Shown: positions 50,364-61,784 of the stretch, piece by piece
Layout: every line of letters starts with the position of its first letter
Numbering within the stretch: the stretch's first letter is position 1
Assembly: GCA_030265395.1 (NCBI GenBank)
Contig: JARFYF010000017.1
Coordinates: forward strand, 19,215,843 to 19,279,777
Reading direction: 5' to 3'
Origin: Rhina ancylostomus
Lineage: Eukaryota
DNA: 63,935 bases
Position numbers and translations under genes: made by a program
Notes under the pieces: generated by a model
Databases searched by the model: none
Told to the model about the DNA's origin: nothing
The model's input: only the letters and a program-made list of their open reading frames with translations

Positions 50364-50689
50364 TCTCAGGGCTATTTCATAGATTTCTGATGGCTATTCT
50401 GTTCTTGATTTATCAACCCGGCCATCAGACAAAGTTTGCTTAATTAGGCAATTGAATTGCCAACGGATGAACTCTGCCTGGAAATTCTGTCACCCCAACT
50501 GTCTTCAAAGTGTCTCTATTATTTTCAGTCTTTCCATTCTGTGCATCAGGATCGATGACACATCAGGATGTGTTCTTTCCTGAATTAGGACCAATTGTTT
50601 CTTTGCCAAAAACCCTGCTTGTAAATGAACCTGGGGCTACAGGAAGAAAATAACTTTCACTGAGTGGGTAGTCATGATTTGTCTGAACA

Positions 50690-50865
50690 GATGGTGAAAG
50701 TACATTCAATCCTGGCCTGCAGAAGGGAATTGGATAGGTACTTGAAGGAGAAGAAAATTGCAATGCTTAGGTAAAGAGAATGGGATTTATTTTGTCTTGC
50801 TGAAGCCAACGTGGGCTTAGTAGGCTGAATGGCCTCCTTGCATGCTGTAAAAACTACAATTCTTT
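50690..50865 (+). mobile_element. CR1 3' tail
   Basis: agggaattggataggtacttgaagg..taggctgaatggcctccttgcatgctgtaa. Confidence 0.7.
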
Positions 50866-51699
50866 GGTACCTTGGGGTTTCATGCCACCATGTTTACCCT
50901 GGCCTATACCCACCCAGTGTCTGCTCCAACTTAAAATGGGGGGCTTCACTTTACTCTGGTTAACTGTGCAGTTGGATCTTTCAGTGTTGAATTTAAAACT
51001 TTCAGATGCAACTGAATGGTTCCCACCCACCCCCCACCTTTAAGTTTTAATCATTTGCCAGCCAATAATTTCAAGTTTGAAACATGCATAAATGCAGAGT
51101 TTGACCCCTGATTTGTATTTGGATGGACTGTACCTTTAAGAATATGAAATAGGGTTTCCATACTCAATGTTCCGCTGATGTTTCGTCTGGCAAGTGGGTA
51201 CATTACATGTTCAGGGCTGAAGGTGATTGTACTCCACAGGATTTATTGTCCATTAACTGAATGGACACAAACTTGTGTGGCCCTGCTAACCCCAGATTCC
51301 GAATTCCTGATACATATTTCCAGACTGCAAGTGTTGATGCCAGTCACACAAACCCATGTTATGGTGACCTTCATATGTGGTGGACCACATTGTTATTTTT
51401 GTATTGAATATGCTTGTGTTCCTACCTTATGGATTTCTACCCTGCCAGTTGACATTTTCTTGATTTTGGGCAACTGTAAACTATTGTTGTACTTGATTTT
51501 CAAACTTTTGCTGGAAATGGTTGGAATTAGGTGGGAAAAGATTTTACTGCTGCATAAATAAAGGAATTTTGCCAACAGGAAATATTTCTGGAATGAGGTA
51601 ACAGCTAGAAATCTCTATGTGTTTGAATCCCAAATTACAAATGCTGGGGTCAGTGCATCACCCAAGATTGACCTCTTTTATCTCGAAGTGGCCAGGAGG

Positions 51700-52120
51700 C
51701 TTATCATTGTAGGACGGAATATAAATTCAGTAACCTTCCTACAAAATGACAATAGATCAGCCCATTGCTATTGCTGCATGGAGTGGAAGCGGCAAATCAT
51801 TTAAAAGAACTCAGAGTGCTTGTGATCAATTTACGGCCCGATCACATCAGGAGAGAGAATGACCTGAACTAAGACAGGGGGCGATGGTCAGAGTTGCTTT
51901 GCTCTCGCACCACAATTCTTCATGTAGAAACATGAAGTCAGGATGTGAGACAATTGATTCTGGCTCATGGATGGGCAGCAATCTCTATTAACACCAATAA
52001 AAGAAGATAATTTATTCCATGACCCAGAAAGTGGAAGCTTAAATAGCTACGAAGCCTAAGATGAAAATTAAGTTTTAATCATAAAAGCTCGTGCTACGTC
52101 ATAAGGATGTAACTACTTGC
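51700..52120. promoter_or_regulatory. Candidate conserved enhancer
   Basis: Retained CpGs, Hox-type TTTACGG inside a TGTGATC/GATCACA inverted repeat, nuclear-receptor-like TGACCTGAACT, CCAATAAAA and GTCATAA. Confidence 0.4.
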
Positions 52121-53071
52121 TGCCCAGAGATGCTCAGCACTCAGTAATGCATACAGATTTCATATTAAACATCACAGAAAAATGTTTGCTCATTCCTATC
52201 TACAAGATTTCTCCAAATTCTATTTTCCAAATTCAGTATTAGCTCTTCTAACCAAGACAAGGCTTGACATGCATGGACAGTTACCAGAGAATGAACTGTG
52301 GGACGGGCAGGAAATTTCCGGCTTCCAGATTTGCAGGGATTTACTGTGTCGAAATAACTCACAAGTCTATGGGTAATCAGGTCAGGTCACAGAGTGCAAT
52401 AAATTCCATTTGCCTTTAGGTTCTTTTAAATCTAACACGAGACTGCTGTTGTATTTGGTCATCTTTAGTCATAGCGATTTACTGATTAAAAATTGCTAAC
52501 TGTAAAATATTTCTACCGAAAACCTTCATTTTTCATCTTTTCTTAAATAAATTAAAATTTGACAACTTGATGAGCAGGACGATAATTTCAAAAATTGTGA
52601 CATAATTCAATCTATAGTGCTCTGGTTAGGCTTGGAAACATCAAATGAGCTCCATTGCACAATTTAAATTCAAAGAGAATCATTTGAATCACATTTAACC
52701 ATTGTAAAAGACTACTGTCACATAAAATATTTTAATTGTGGTGGAATAAGGCAATCCTCGCAATCTCATCGCATTTGCAGGGTTACTTGTGAAGTGTGTC
52801 CTTCTAATCTCAGCAAAAGTCTAATGAATCTTCGTCTATACACAGAGGCTCGACAGATGCTACTGCGCAGTCAGTCGTCTCTCACTTCCCCTGCATCCAG
52901 TAAAACAAAGGCTGGTGGCAGGCGAGTGTCTGTTGAATACTTTCGGTGACACAACCCCGTTAGTATGCTAATTCAGTACTTGCATTATAAATTCAGATCA
53001 GCTTTCTCTCCTGGAGCCTAGTATTATAGCAGCGGTTGCTATGTTTAATTGCAAATTTCTTGCTTGCATTA

Positions 53072-53120
53072 TACACATAGGCACATGCATACAGAGAAAC
53101 ACACATACATACACACACAA

Positions 53121-53162
<42 letters not shown>
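53072..53162. repeat. (CA)n microsatellite, perfect from ~53124
   Basis: Directly visible. Confidence 0.97.
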
Positions 53163-53166
<4 letters not shown>

Positions 53167-53559
53167 CTTTACCATTCCTCGACAAGACAGAACAGTGCTC
53201 CATGCTTAACCCAGAATTTGTAAAGGTGAGTAGTACTGCTTTTATGGTGATTGGCGGATGTCTTTCCACGGTGCCAGCCTTTATTAAGTAATTTCCTGTA
53301 AGCAAAATGCTGATTTTTGTACTTTGATCTTTCAGCAGATTGCTTCAGCTGGTAATTATTTTGCTAAGAATAAAGCATGAACATTTTGGCCCCTCTTTCA
53401 TGCAAACTTTGATAGACTAGGGAGAATGTAAACCTTTTGTTAATAAAATAGGGAATGGTGCATGAGAAGTTCCCATTGAGAAGACTGAACACTTGTATTT
53501 ATACAGTAGAATACCACTTGAACATGGGCATGCTCACTTGGCAACCCACTCCTCCCTCA

Positions 53560-54620
53560 CAGTGTCGTCAGCAGTTGTGACTTATTGGTTTTCTCATGCA
53601 GCCCCAGAGTACGCACGCACAGAAATTCCTGTCAGGGCTCGGGGACAATCACCGCTCTCAAACAAGTGGCTGGATCAATGGTGTACCATTATTCAACACT
53701 ATAATTCATTTCACTGGTGTTGGCACTGGGCCAAGCTGTGCTTTCTCTTCTCCTTTCTCGCTCCCTCTTCCGATTTTATTTTCATAAAACATTTGGCATG
53801 CCACAGCTCCTTAATGCATAATGCTTTCTGCTCCCCTTCCTTTTCAANNNNNNNNNNNNNNNNNNNNNNNNNNNNNNNNNNNNNNNNNNNNNNNNNNNNN
53901 NNNNNNNNNNNNNNNNNNNNNNNNNNNNNNNNNNNNNNNNNNNNNNNCCTTTTCAAAAATTCTCTTAGCAGGTTTCAAACTCACGATCCTTTCTGCATGC
54001 AGTTACATTTACTTACAAGAAGGCGACACAATGTTTTCCCCCCTCCTTCACGTTCCAGTCGCTACACGACTGCAAAATGAGTGGATGCATCACAGACGTT
54101 TGCATAGTCACAGCATTAGAGCAACAACCATGTATTACCTTACCGCTCTTCTTGTCACAGAGCCAAGGAAACCTCTGTTACGTAGTAGCTATCTCCTGTT
54201 CCCTGTGAGTCAGTTCTTTTTACACGTTGCCATACCCTTACGTAGCATAAATGCGTACTTCCCATGCCTGCGGAGATGCCCTGCCACCTCTCTCACTCAT
54301 CTGGCTTTCTCTCACGTTCTTTCTCCCTGCCTTTTTTCTCCTTTCTCTGTGCCACCAGCTACCAGATGGGATGCGGCTGGCTTGCAGAAGCTGCATTTGC
54401 TTTCTGTGCCAGCTTCGCACCAACAACGCACTGTACAATGAATAATCAATAGCCTTATTGATTTGTTGTGAATGTTTGTAAATTCCTGAAGGAAGAAAAG
54501 AAAAGCACGGATACTCGCGGGAACTCAAAGGGGAAAGCTCATTGGTCCGTCTAGTCCATTCGTTCTGGAAAACTAGTGTGCCTCTACAACATTTGACTCT
54601 ACGGAAGCTGTGCGAGGGGA
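53560..54620. promoter_or_regulatory. CpG-enriched, TE-free promoter/enhancer-like region
   Basis: Many retained CpGs (acgcacgc, ctcgg, accgc, tacgta x2, ctcgcgg) and pyrimidine/purine-skewed tracts. Confidence 0.4.
54144..54485 (-). other. Candidate non-coding (5' UTR or lncRNA) exon
   Basis: Minus-strand acceptor tgcttttcttttcttccttcag|G at 54485, and tandem donors GCG|gtaag|gtaata at 54144/54139. Stops in all three frames. Confidence 0.3.
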
Positions 54621-55719
54621 AACAAAGAAATTATTTGATATGCTGTGCATTAAGCAGGCTGAATTAACTTTCCTTTACAATTGTGATCCAGCTCATGGCC
54701 TACAATGAAAGCAGCTGACTCGGCTGCATTTATAGTATATTCTCAACCAGATCTGGCACTCTTAAACCAGGCTATCACCTTTTTTCAGTTGAGCAATCAT
54801 GCTTGAATACAAGATCAACTCAACACATAGCACCTAGATTGGGTTTGTGACAGGAGCATTAGTAACCTTTATGATATTAATCGGGAGCTGGATTTGATTT
54901 CGGGATTCAATTCTCTGATTCAGTATGGAAGGAGAGCCATCCATTTTATCAGACAGAACCAGTGGGATGATTTTTTTTCACAGAGTACTGATTAGCTGCC
55001 GAGATCCAATTAGCAGCACACTTCTATCAGAGACCCAGCTCCACAATATTGTTGCAGTGTCCAGCACCTAGTCATAAATCCTGAAGACAGTGAATCTTTC
55101 CACTGGGGAAGATTAATTGCAGCTGCAGACTGTATATAAAAATGTTGAATATTGAGCTTAATACAGAAAGATGAAAATTCCAATATGTGTAAGATGCTAG
55201 CAATTTCCAACAGGAATTTTTCAAAAAGCTGAGGCAATTATTATGCATAAATAACATGAAAGCTTACAGCTAGAAATATTGAAATTAGTTGGTATTTTGG
55301 TTTACCAGATGCCTTTCACAGAATTTTTAACTTTGTAGTTTAATATATGATGTGGAATATTTATGTTTATTTGCCATTGGCAGCTGTGGTATAAATTAGG
55401 TATTTTTGTATTTTAAATGAAATGTTGAAATCAATGAACTGGAATGTCTTAGAAATACTGCATTTTAAAAATGCATGATTTGTACTCAGCCACTTATACA
55501 TCAATTTCAAGTATTATGCATATTTATGCAATAATGTTTGAAGCATTTTCCTATTTTGTTGGGTTCTTCCATTAGGTTTTGTTGCTGCTGTTACAGTGAT
55601 GTCAGTGGCATACTGATGTTTGTAGCTCATTCCATTGTTGCCTTTGTATAACAATTTACATTTATGTAGCATTACTGAGTCAATAAATAGTTTGAAAGCC
55701 ATTTATGCAGGTGATTATG

Positions 55720-56220
55720 GACAGATGATAGGAACAGAAAAAATAAAAGGAATTGGTAAGTTTCAGAAAGGAAGCTTGCTTTTAAAGACAAGTGGGGGGG
55801 GGAGAGAACAGACAGTATACATTTGGAGAAAGCATTCCAGAGAATAAGATTGAGACAGCTGATTGAACTGCAGGTAAAAGAAGAGCTGTGAGAAAATGAG
55901 GCATGAATGAGATAAGGGCACAGGTTCATACAGTTTTGCATGAGCTTGTAGAGGAATGGCAGGAAGAGCCTGGAAAATGATCCATTGAGAAGGAAAAGAA
56001 ATTTGAATTCAGTCCAATGGTCTGTGATGACACAGGTGACTTTATCACAGACAGGGTGTGAGTGCCGTAGTTTCACATCAGTTGGAGTTCATGTGAGGAT
56101 GGGGCTAAGTGGCCCAGTGCAGGACATTGGCAAAGTTAAATATTAAGTAAAGGTTAATATGATAGGCGTGAAATGAAGTGGCGTGTGGCAAAGATGGACA
56201 TTGATGATTCTCCTTTTGGA
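55720..56220 (-). mobile_element. Old L2-like LINE fragment
   Basis: Purine-rich antisense pattern ggagaaagcattccagagaataagattgagacagctga, ttgagaaggaaaagaaatttgaattc..ccaatg. Confidence 0.55.
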
Positions 56221-56269
56221 TGGCATAGTGGTTTGCTGTTTAGCTCAGAGAAGTCAGGAATGGCAATAA

Positions 56270-57350
56270 AAAGGAAAAATGAAATTGTATCAGTATAAAT
56301 GGGAATGCACCCCAGGCTTGGAGGCAGTGGTTCAGATATGTTTGGTCATACCCACATCAAGAGAAGGATCCTTATACCTTGCTACTGATGCCCATCCAGT
56401 TCTGTGGGACCCATTAGCAGAGACAAGGGTTGGAGCTGTGTTGTGGGGCTGGAAGACCTGCACTATCAAAACAAAGGAAAAAGTGGACTTCAAGGAAAGT
56501 ACTCTGTGACAAACCAAAGGTAACTATAGAGTGTGCTGAACCATTACTGGAGAGAGGTGGAAATACAACCATACTAGGGCAGCGCCTCCCCACCCCCACC
56601 AGAGATGGACCACTAGACAGCTGTGTCCAACAGATTGCAAACATCATGGAAGGCCAGATGGGTTATGCGCCAGGGCATGTCATTGATAAAGGGTGGAGAC
56701 TCAGTTCTGAAAGTCAGGTTAAAAGAATTTGAAAAGGGAAGCTTGGAGGAAACACAATGTTCAGTGATGATTATATATTTAAGATGTAAAAATAGGAGTG
56801 GCAAAGGCCATGAAGTCTGTCAAACCTGCTCTGTAAGGTCAAGGTTGATTTGCTCCTGGCCACAACTCCACTTTTCTTCCTCTTTCCATAAACCTTAACC
56901 TCTGTTTTGGATTAAAAGTCAGTCCAACTCAACTTGACTCACCTTCACTCTTCTCTAGGACAGAGAATCCCAGATATGTGACCCTCTGAGAAAAGAAATT
57001 CTTCCTCATACTAAAATGGGACAAGCCTTGAAGATGAAAATGGTAGTTGGAGGGGATGAAAGCGTTGGCAGAAGGTTATTTTGTGAAGAAGGTTCTTTGA
57101 AGGTTCAAAAAATAGTGACCATAGAGGAAACTATTTGAAATGTCAGTAAACACAGGGAAAATTAGAGAGAAATAGTGCTTATATGCAGGAGGTATTTAGG
57201 GATTTCCTCTGTATCAAGTGTACCAAAATGACAACAAACATATAGGAATGCTTTTGCACACATTATGCACAGAGGCAATCATGCTCCATTAAAGGTATCT
57301 CAGTAATAGAGGTTTGAAACAAATAGGTTTGATTCTTCCTCTTTCTGTAA
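56270..57350 (+). pseudogene. Probable ancient Ty3/Gypsy-like pol relic (RNase H to integrase N-terminus)
   Basis: LATDA (56378), VGAVL (56429), GRPA...RK, YAPG..LS (56664), M..F..CIKC (57183-57221), in pol order. Confidence 0.4.
56780..57030 (-). mobile_element. CR1 3' end inserted in the pol relic
   Basis: aaaataggagtggcaaaggccat..aaacctgctctg..accctctgagaaaagaaattcttcctcat. Confidence 0.75.
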
Positions 57351-57493
57351 GCAAAACAGGATCTTCCTTTTCCTTAATTCCTCAGATTTTTTATATGGGA
57401 GGAGGTTTGCAAAGGTTCCTTCCCCCTTGACATGATAAAAATCCATACCTAGCTGTGTGATTAGTCATGGGGCACTGAAGATATCATCTAATA

Positions 57494-57688
57494 CAGCTCC
57501 TCCCCAGGTTACAGCAGGGTTCTATTCCTATGAATGTTTGTAACCTAGAGGGTTCGCAAGTCGAAAATGCAGCTGCAAGCTGAGTTCCCAGAGAGCAGAA
57601 GATGCCTGCAGCCCCACATGTCTCCCAAATGTAGTTCATAAGTAGGGGTTATATATAAGTCAGACATTCATAACCTCAGGAAGACCTG
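57494..57688. mobile_element. Tc1/mariner (Tigger/pogo-type) MITE
   Basis: TA on both sides. TIRs cagctcctccccaggttac versus reverse complement caggtcttcctgaggttat (14/19 identical). Confidence 0.8.
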
Positions 57689-59020
57689 TACATTGTAATG
57701 TTTGCCTGAGCAACAATTCATTGCACTGGTGCAAATTTTTATTATTATTCTTAAATAGATTGCTTGATTCTGGTTAAACATCATTCACTTGGTTTTAAAA
57801 AAATGGTTAAACAGCATATTAAATCAGTCTTTCTGGTATGAAAGTAAAATATTTTAGTTTATTTTTCTGATGCAATGATAAATTGCATTGATTTCAAAAG
57901 CCAAATAATAAACTCACATTCAGTTTAAAATTTATTAATTACCACCTGTACCCCTGTATATCCCTTCACAACACAGTGTTATTAGGTCAATGGTTAGTTG
58001 TTGAATTTATTGAGAGGGGTATTACAGAAAGGACGGAAGTTAAGAGGGATATTTACATATTTATTTGAGTCACTGAACTTCCCAGAATGTTTAAATCACA
58101 GAGTACTTTCCAAGTGTATAGTGAGATAGACCATTGGTATTAACTAGAACAGAAGAGGATCAGAATGTATTGTTTCATTCTAGTGAATTTAGTGTACTTT
58201 CCATATGATGTACATTGCATGTACAAGAATCATAGAATCAAAGAAGGAAGGGCTTTTGGAAAATATCACTGTGGTATTCCCAACGCTTTGCTGATTGCAC
58301 TGTTACTATTTTTGGTAGTTGATAAAAAACAAAGCTAAGGTTTTTTTTGAAAGAAAGAGAAACCGGGGATAAATTCCCAATGAACCATTACCCAGTGCCT
58401 TTTGTAGGGAAACACCAAGGCTCCACCTGACAGCAGTGTTTGATCTCACCATGTGGAGAAACACTAGGAAATATCACAAATCTCTCCAACAAACTCTGTT
58501 CAGGTGTGTGTTCAGGGAACAGGTAAATAGATGGAGAACTAGTGCTGTCTTTCCATTGAATGAGGCCGGAGCTGGTAGCACTGGTTTTCATACCTTGATG
58601 TTTTATGCAGTCTGATCAATTTGCACTTTCTCTGTTGAAAGTCTTTTATTACTATTTTAAAATTACTTTAGTAATGCATCAATCACAACAGATATACATT
58701 AAAATACCTTCTCTGTGTCCAGGGTGCACTCCAGCCCCTATAGTGTATTCCAGCCCCTGTGGTGTCCACCACCAACAGCCTCAGGGAATATCAACAATGG
58801 GTTGTACCTGGCTGTGAAAGATAGTTATTTGGGATAACTGACACCAGCACAGATTGAGCACTGGGACAAGCAAGAATGGTGTGTTGGACCATGGACTTGA
58901 ACCAGATCTGGATGTCTAAAGTGAAAGCCTTACTTGCCTGGCTGCTGCAAGAATCCAAAGGTGCACTATTTGGAGCTGTTAGTGAGTGTGAGTCCAGCAT
59001 GAGTCATGATGCAAAGTAAA

Positions 59021-59350
59021 AACATAGAAAATAGGAGCAGGAGTAGGTCATTCAACCTCACAACCCTGCTTCTTCATTCAATGTGATCATAGCTGATCAT
59101 TAAAATTCAGTACCAGTTTTAACTTCCTCCTCTTATCCCTGGATCCCTTCAGGCATAAGAGCAATATTTAACTTGTCTTGAATATATTTAATGACTTAGC
59201 TTCAACTGCTTTCCATGGTGGAGAATGCCACAGGTTCACCAGTCTCTGCAAAAAGAAATTTTGCCTCATCTCAGTCTTAAATGGCTTACCCCTTATCCTT
59301 AACTTATACCCTTGATTCTGGCCTCCCCCACTGAAAGAAATTGGGGGAAA
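59021..59350 (-). mobile_element. CR1 3' end
   Basis: ORF 59168-59389 GYKLRIRGKPFKTEMRQNFFLQRLVNLWHS. Tail aacatagaaaataggagcaggagtagg. Confidence 0.9.
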
Positions 59351-60927
59351 AACACTGTGGAGCTGTGGAAAATGGCATATCTGGGTCATGGAATAGGAAG
59401 AGTCTTTGGAGTTTAAATTTGGGATGGAAATTTATCCTGCAGCAACCCTGTCCTTTATCTCACTTTGAAGCATTTGATTGTAATAACTGCCAAAGTGGTA
59501 AGCGTCTTCCAGTCCTCAGCATCCCTCTCTTTAGAAAACTAATGAAAAATGCTAATCACCACAAATGTTAAACTGTTAGCATTGTTTAGGATTAACCACA
59601 GAGATTAATCCCTGAGAAAAATCATGTTTGCTGATCAGCTTTGGATGTGGTCTTCACATCATTTCTTAATTTATATGTACCTACACATGAACACAAAATA
59701 TCAGTGAAAGAAATCTGCTAAGACAAGATGTATTCTTCCATCAAACAGTACTGGGAATGAAAGATTCCATCTTTAAATACTATGCTGTTTCGACAACATA
59801 GGACATAGTTAGATTCATCACTATGTATTTCTTCATGATTTATTCTGATCATTTGTAAATTTCTCAAGGTCTCTACAAATGGAGTCCCAAAAGCTTCAAG
59901 ATGGAGAAGGAAGTGCTAATGTAAGCAAGATAACATTACTACATGCCTACTTCACCAGTATAATTCAACCTATACATGGAAATGCACTTCAGTTTATGCA
60001 GGGAATTGCAGCAAGGTTAAAAAGAATTTCTTGGCAGGTTTTAGCTTAAGGTTGCATTTGCAGTTTTTTAATAAAAATTACTCCAATTGACTTGCACCAT
60101 TTTCATGTAACAGTGATGCTTGGTGGGGATTTCATTGACCATACAAACTACATCCACTGAAATCTTTTAATTACTGTAGATCCACATTGATGTACAAGAC
60201 CAATGAATGAGAGCTTTCATTTATGAATTTGAGCTACAGTTAAATTGACTGATGTATTTTATACAAAATGGAGTCTGAACTTTGTGACAATGTTCTGCTA
60301 CAAGTTTTTAGATATTCTTTAATTATTTTTTTCTTACTGAGACCTCCATTATAATGAAATTAAGACCAGTTGTATGAAATGAGGAAAGAGTTTATATTCT
60401 CTTGAATGTAATGTGCAGAAATTCAGGTTTGCAATTTTTAAACTTCATGTTCATATCGTCAGCAAGGGAGATTTAATGAACAGAGGTTTTCATCTGTTCT
60501 CTATTCAGTTCACAATTGTTTATAGTGATAACCCTTTTTTTTATTTTTTCTCAGGAAACATGAGACAAATTCTCATTAGTAAGATCAGACAGTGAGGACA
60601 CCCAGTTGGAATGTAACCAGACTATGGTGTAAATTCTACATTAGTGCAATTGAACAACATCTGCAACACAACATCTGCTTTAACTGGTTTGACTTTACAG
60701 TAATTTAAACCAATCAAAGCCCAGCATCATCCATGTAAAAATGCCCCAAAACTTTTTTTTGTCAGTGTGAGTAAATCCATCAGTACTTTTCTTGCAGTTT
60801 CAATCCACACCTCCATTCTTCCTTCCCCTATAATGCCTGTAGTCCACAAATAACTTGCAGCTCCACGTGACAAATTGGGTTCAAGGCTTCTATACTACAC
60901 TAAAGGCCTTTTAAGCTTGCTTACTTA

Positions 60928-61262
60928 TTATAGCACAGAAAGAGGCAATTCAACCCATTGGGTCCATGCCAACTTCCATCATAACACTCTCAGCAATCCC
61001 ATTCGACTTCCTTCTGTGGCCCTGCAGTTTATTCTCCATCACATGCCCATTGATACCCATTTGCTTCTTTGGCCACTTACCCATGCTAAGGGGTAGCTTA
61101 AGTAGCAATTAACCAATCAGTATGTCATTGGGATGTAGGGGGACACCAACACAGCGAAGGGAGGACCACACAAACTACAAACAGTCTGCACCCAAGTTCA
61201 GGGTCAAACCTGAGTCCCTGGAGCTGTGAGGCAGCAGCGCTAACTACTGCACCACTGTGCCA
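60928..61262 (-). mobile_element. Older V-domain tRNA-SINE
   Basis: gggtcaaacctgagtccctggagctgtgaggcagcagcgctaactactgcaccactgtgcc head, CR1-like tail. Confidence 0.8.
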
Positions 61263-61626
61263 TGTAATGATCTTGGTGGTGTGAGATATTGCAAAAGATT
61301 GATATGACTCACCAGCCTTGCACGTCCCTATGTGCCTGCATTAACCTTCAATGGCTACACAGGTCCCAACAATCTTGGGGCTGCAGCCATCCCATGATCA
61401 GAGCAGACTGCAAGTTGTCCACTGACTTCAGGACATTACATCCTGAGGCCTGGCCAGCAGCTTTCATTAATCTGTTGTTAATTAATTCAAGACATAAATT
61501 CAAATTGGAATAAAGAAATATAAATTGAATTGCAGACAAACTGGCCTTTCCAATGAAGATAGGAAAATCTTTTCACTTGAATGGGATCACATATGATTAG
61601 CATAAAGCAGAAGGAATAGATTTGAA

Positions 61627-61760
61627 GTATCGGTATTGGTTTATTATTATCACTTGTACTGAGGTACAGTGAAAAACTTGTCTTGCATACCATTCATACA
61701 GGTCAATTCATTACACAGTGCAAATCCACTGACTTAGTACAGAGTGCATTAAGTACTTAC
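61627..61760 (-). mobile_element. LINE (Rex1/L2-type) 3' tail fragment
   Basis: ggtattggtttattattatcacttgtactgaggtacagtgaaaaacttgtcttgcatac. Confidence 0.6.
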
Positions 61761-61784
61761 ATTAAGCACCAGCATGTAAATCTT

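Noticed and set aside
52993-53305. His/Thr-rich and Cys/Val-rich ORFs
   Set aside because: They are translations of the (CA)n microsatellite.
54100-54112. 13-nt match to the 5' end of miR-153 (ttgcatagtcaca)
   Set aside because: The 3' half diverges from the mature miRNA and there is no matching 5p arm or proper hairpin. A chance match is plausible; at most it is a target-like site on the minus strand.
53493-54441. 195-aa and 206-aa plus-strand ORFs
   Set aside because: Both span a 100-N gap that is probably artefactual, and neither has a recognisable domain.
60413-60595. Exon after the acceptor ttttttctcag (60554)
   Set aside because: Early stops in all frames and no good donor.
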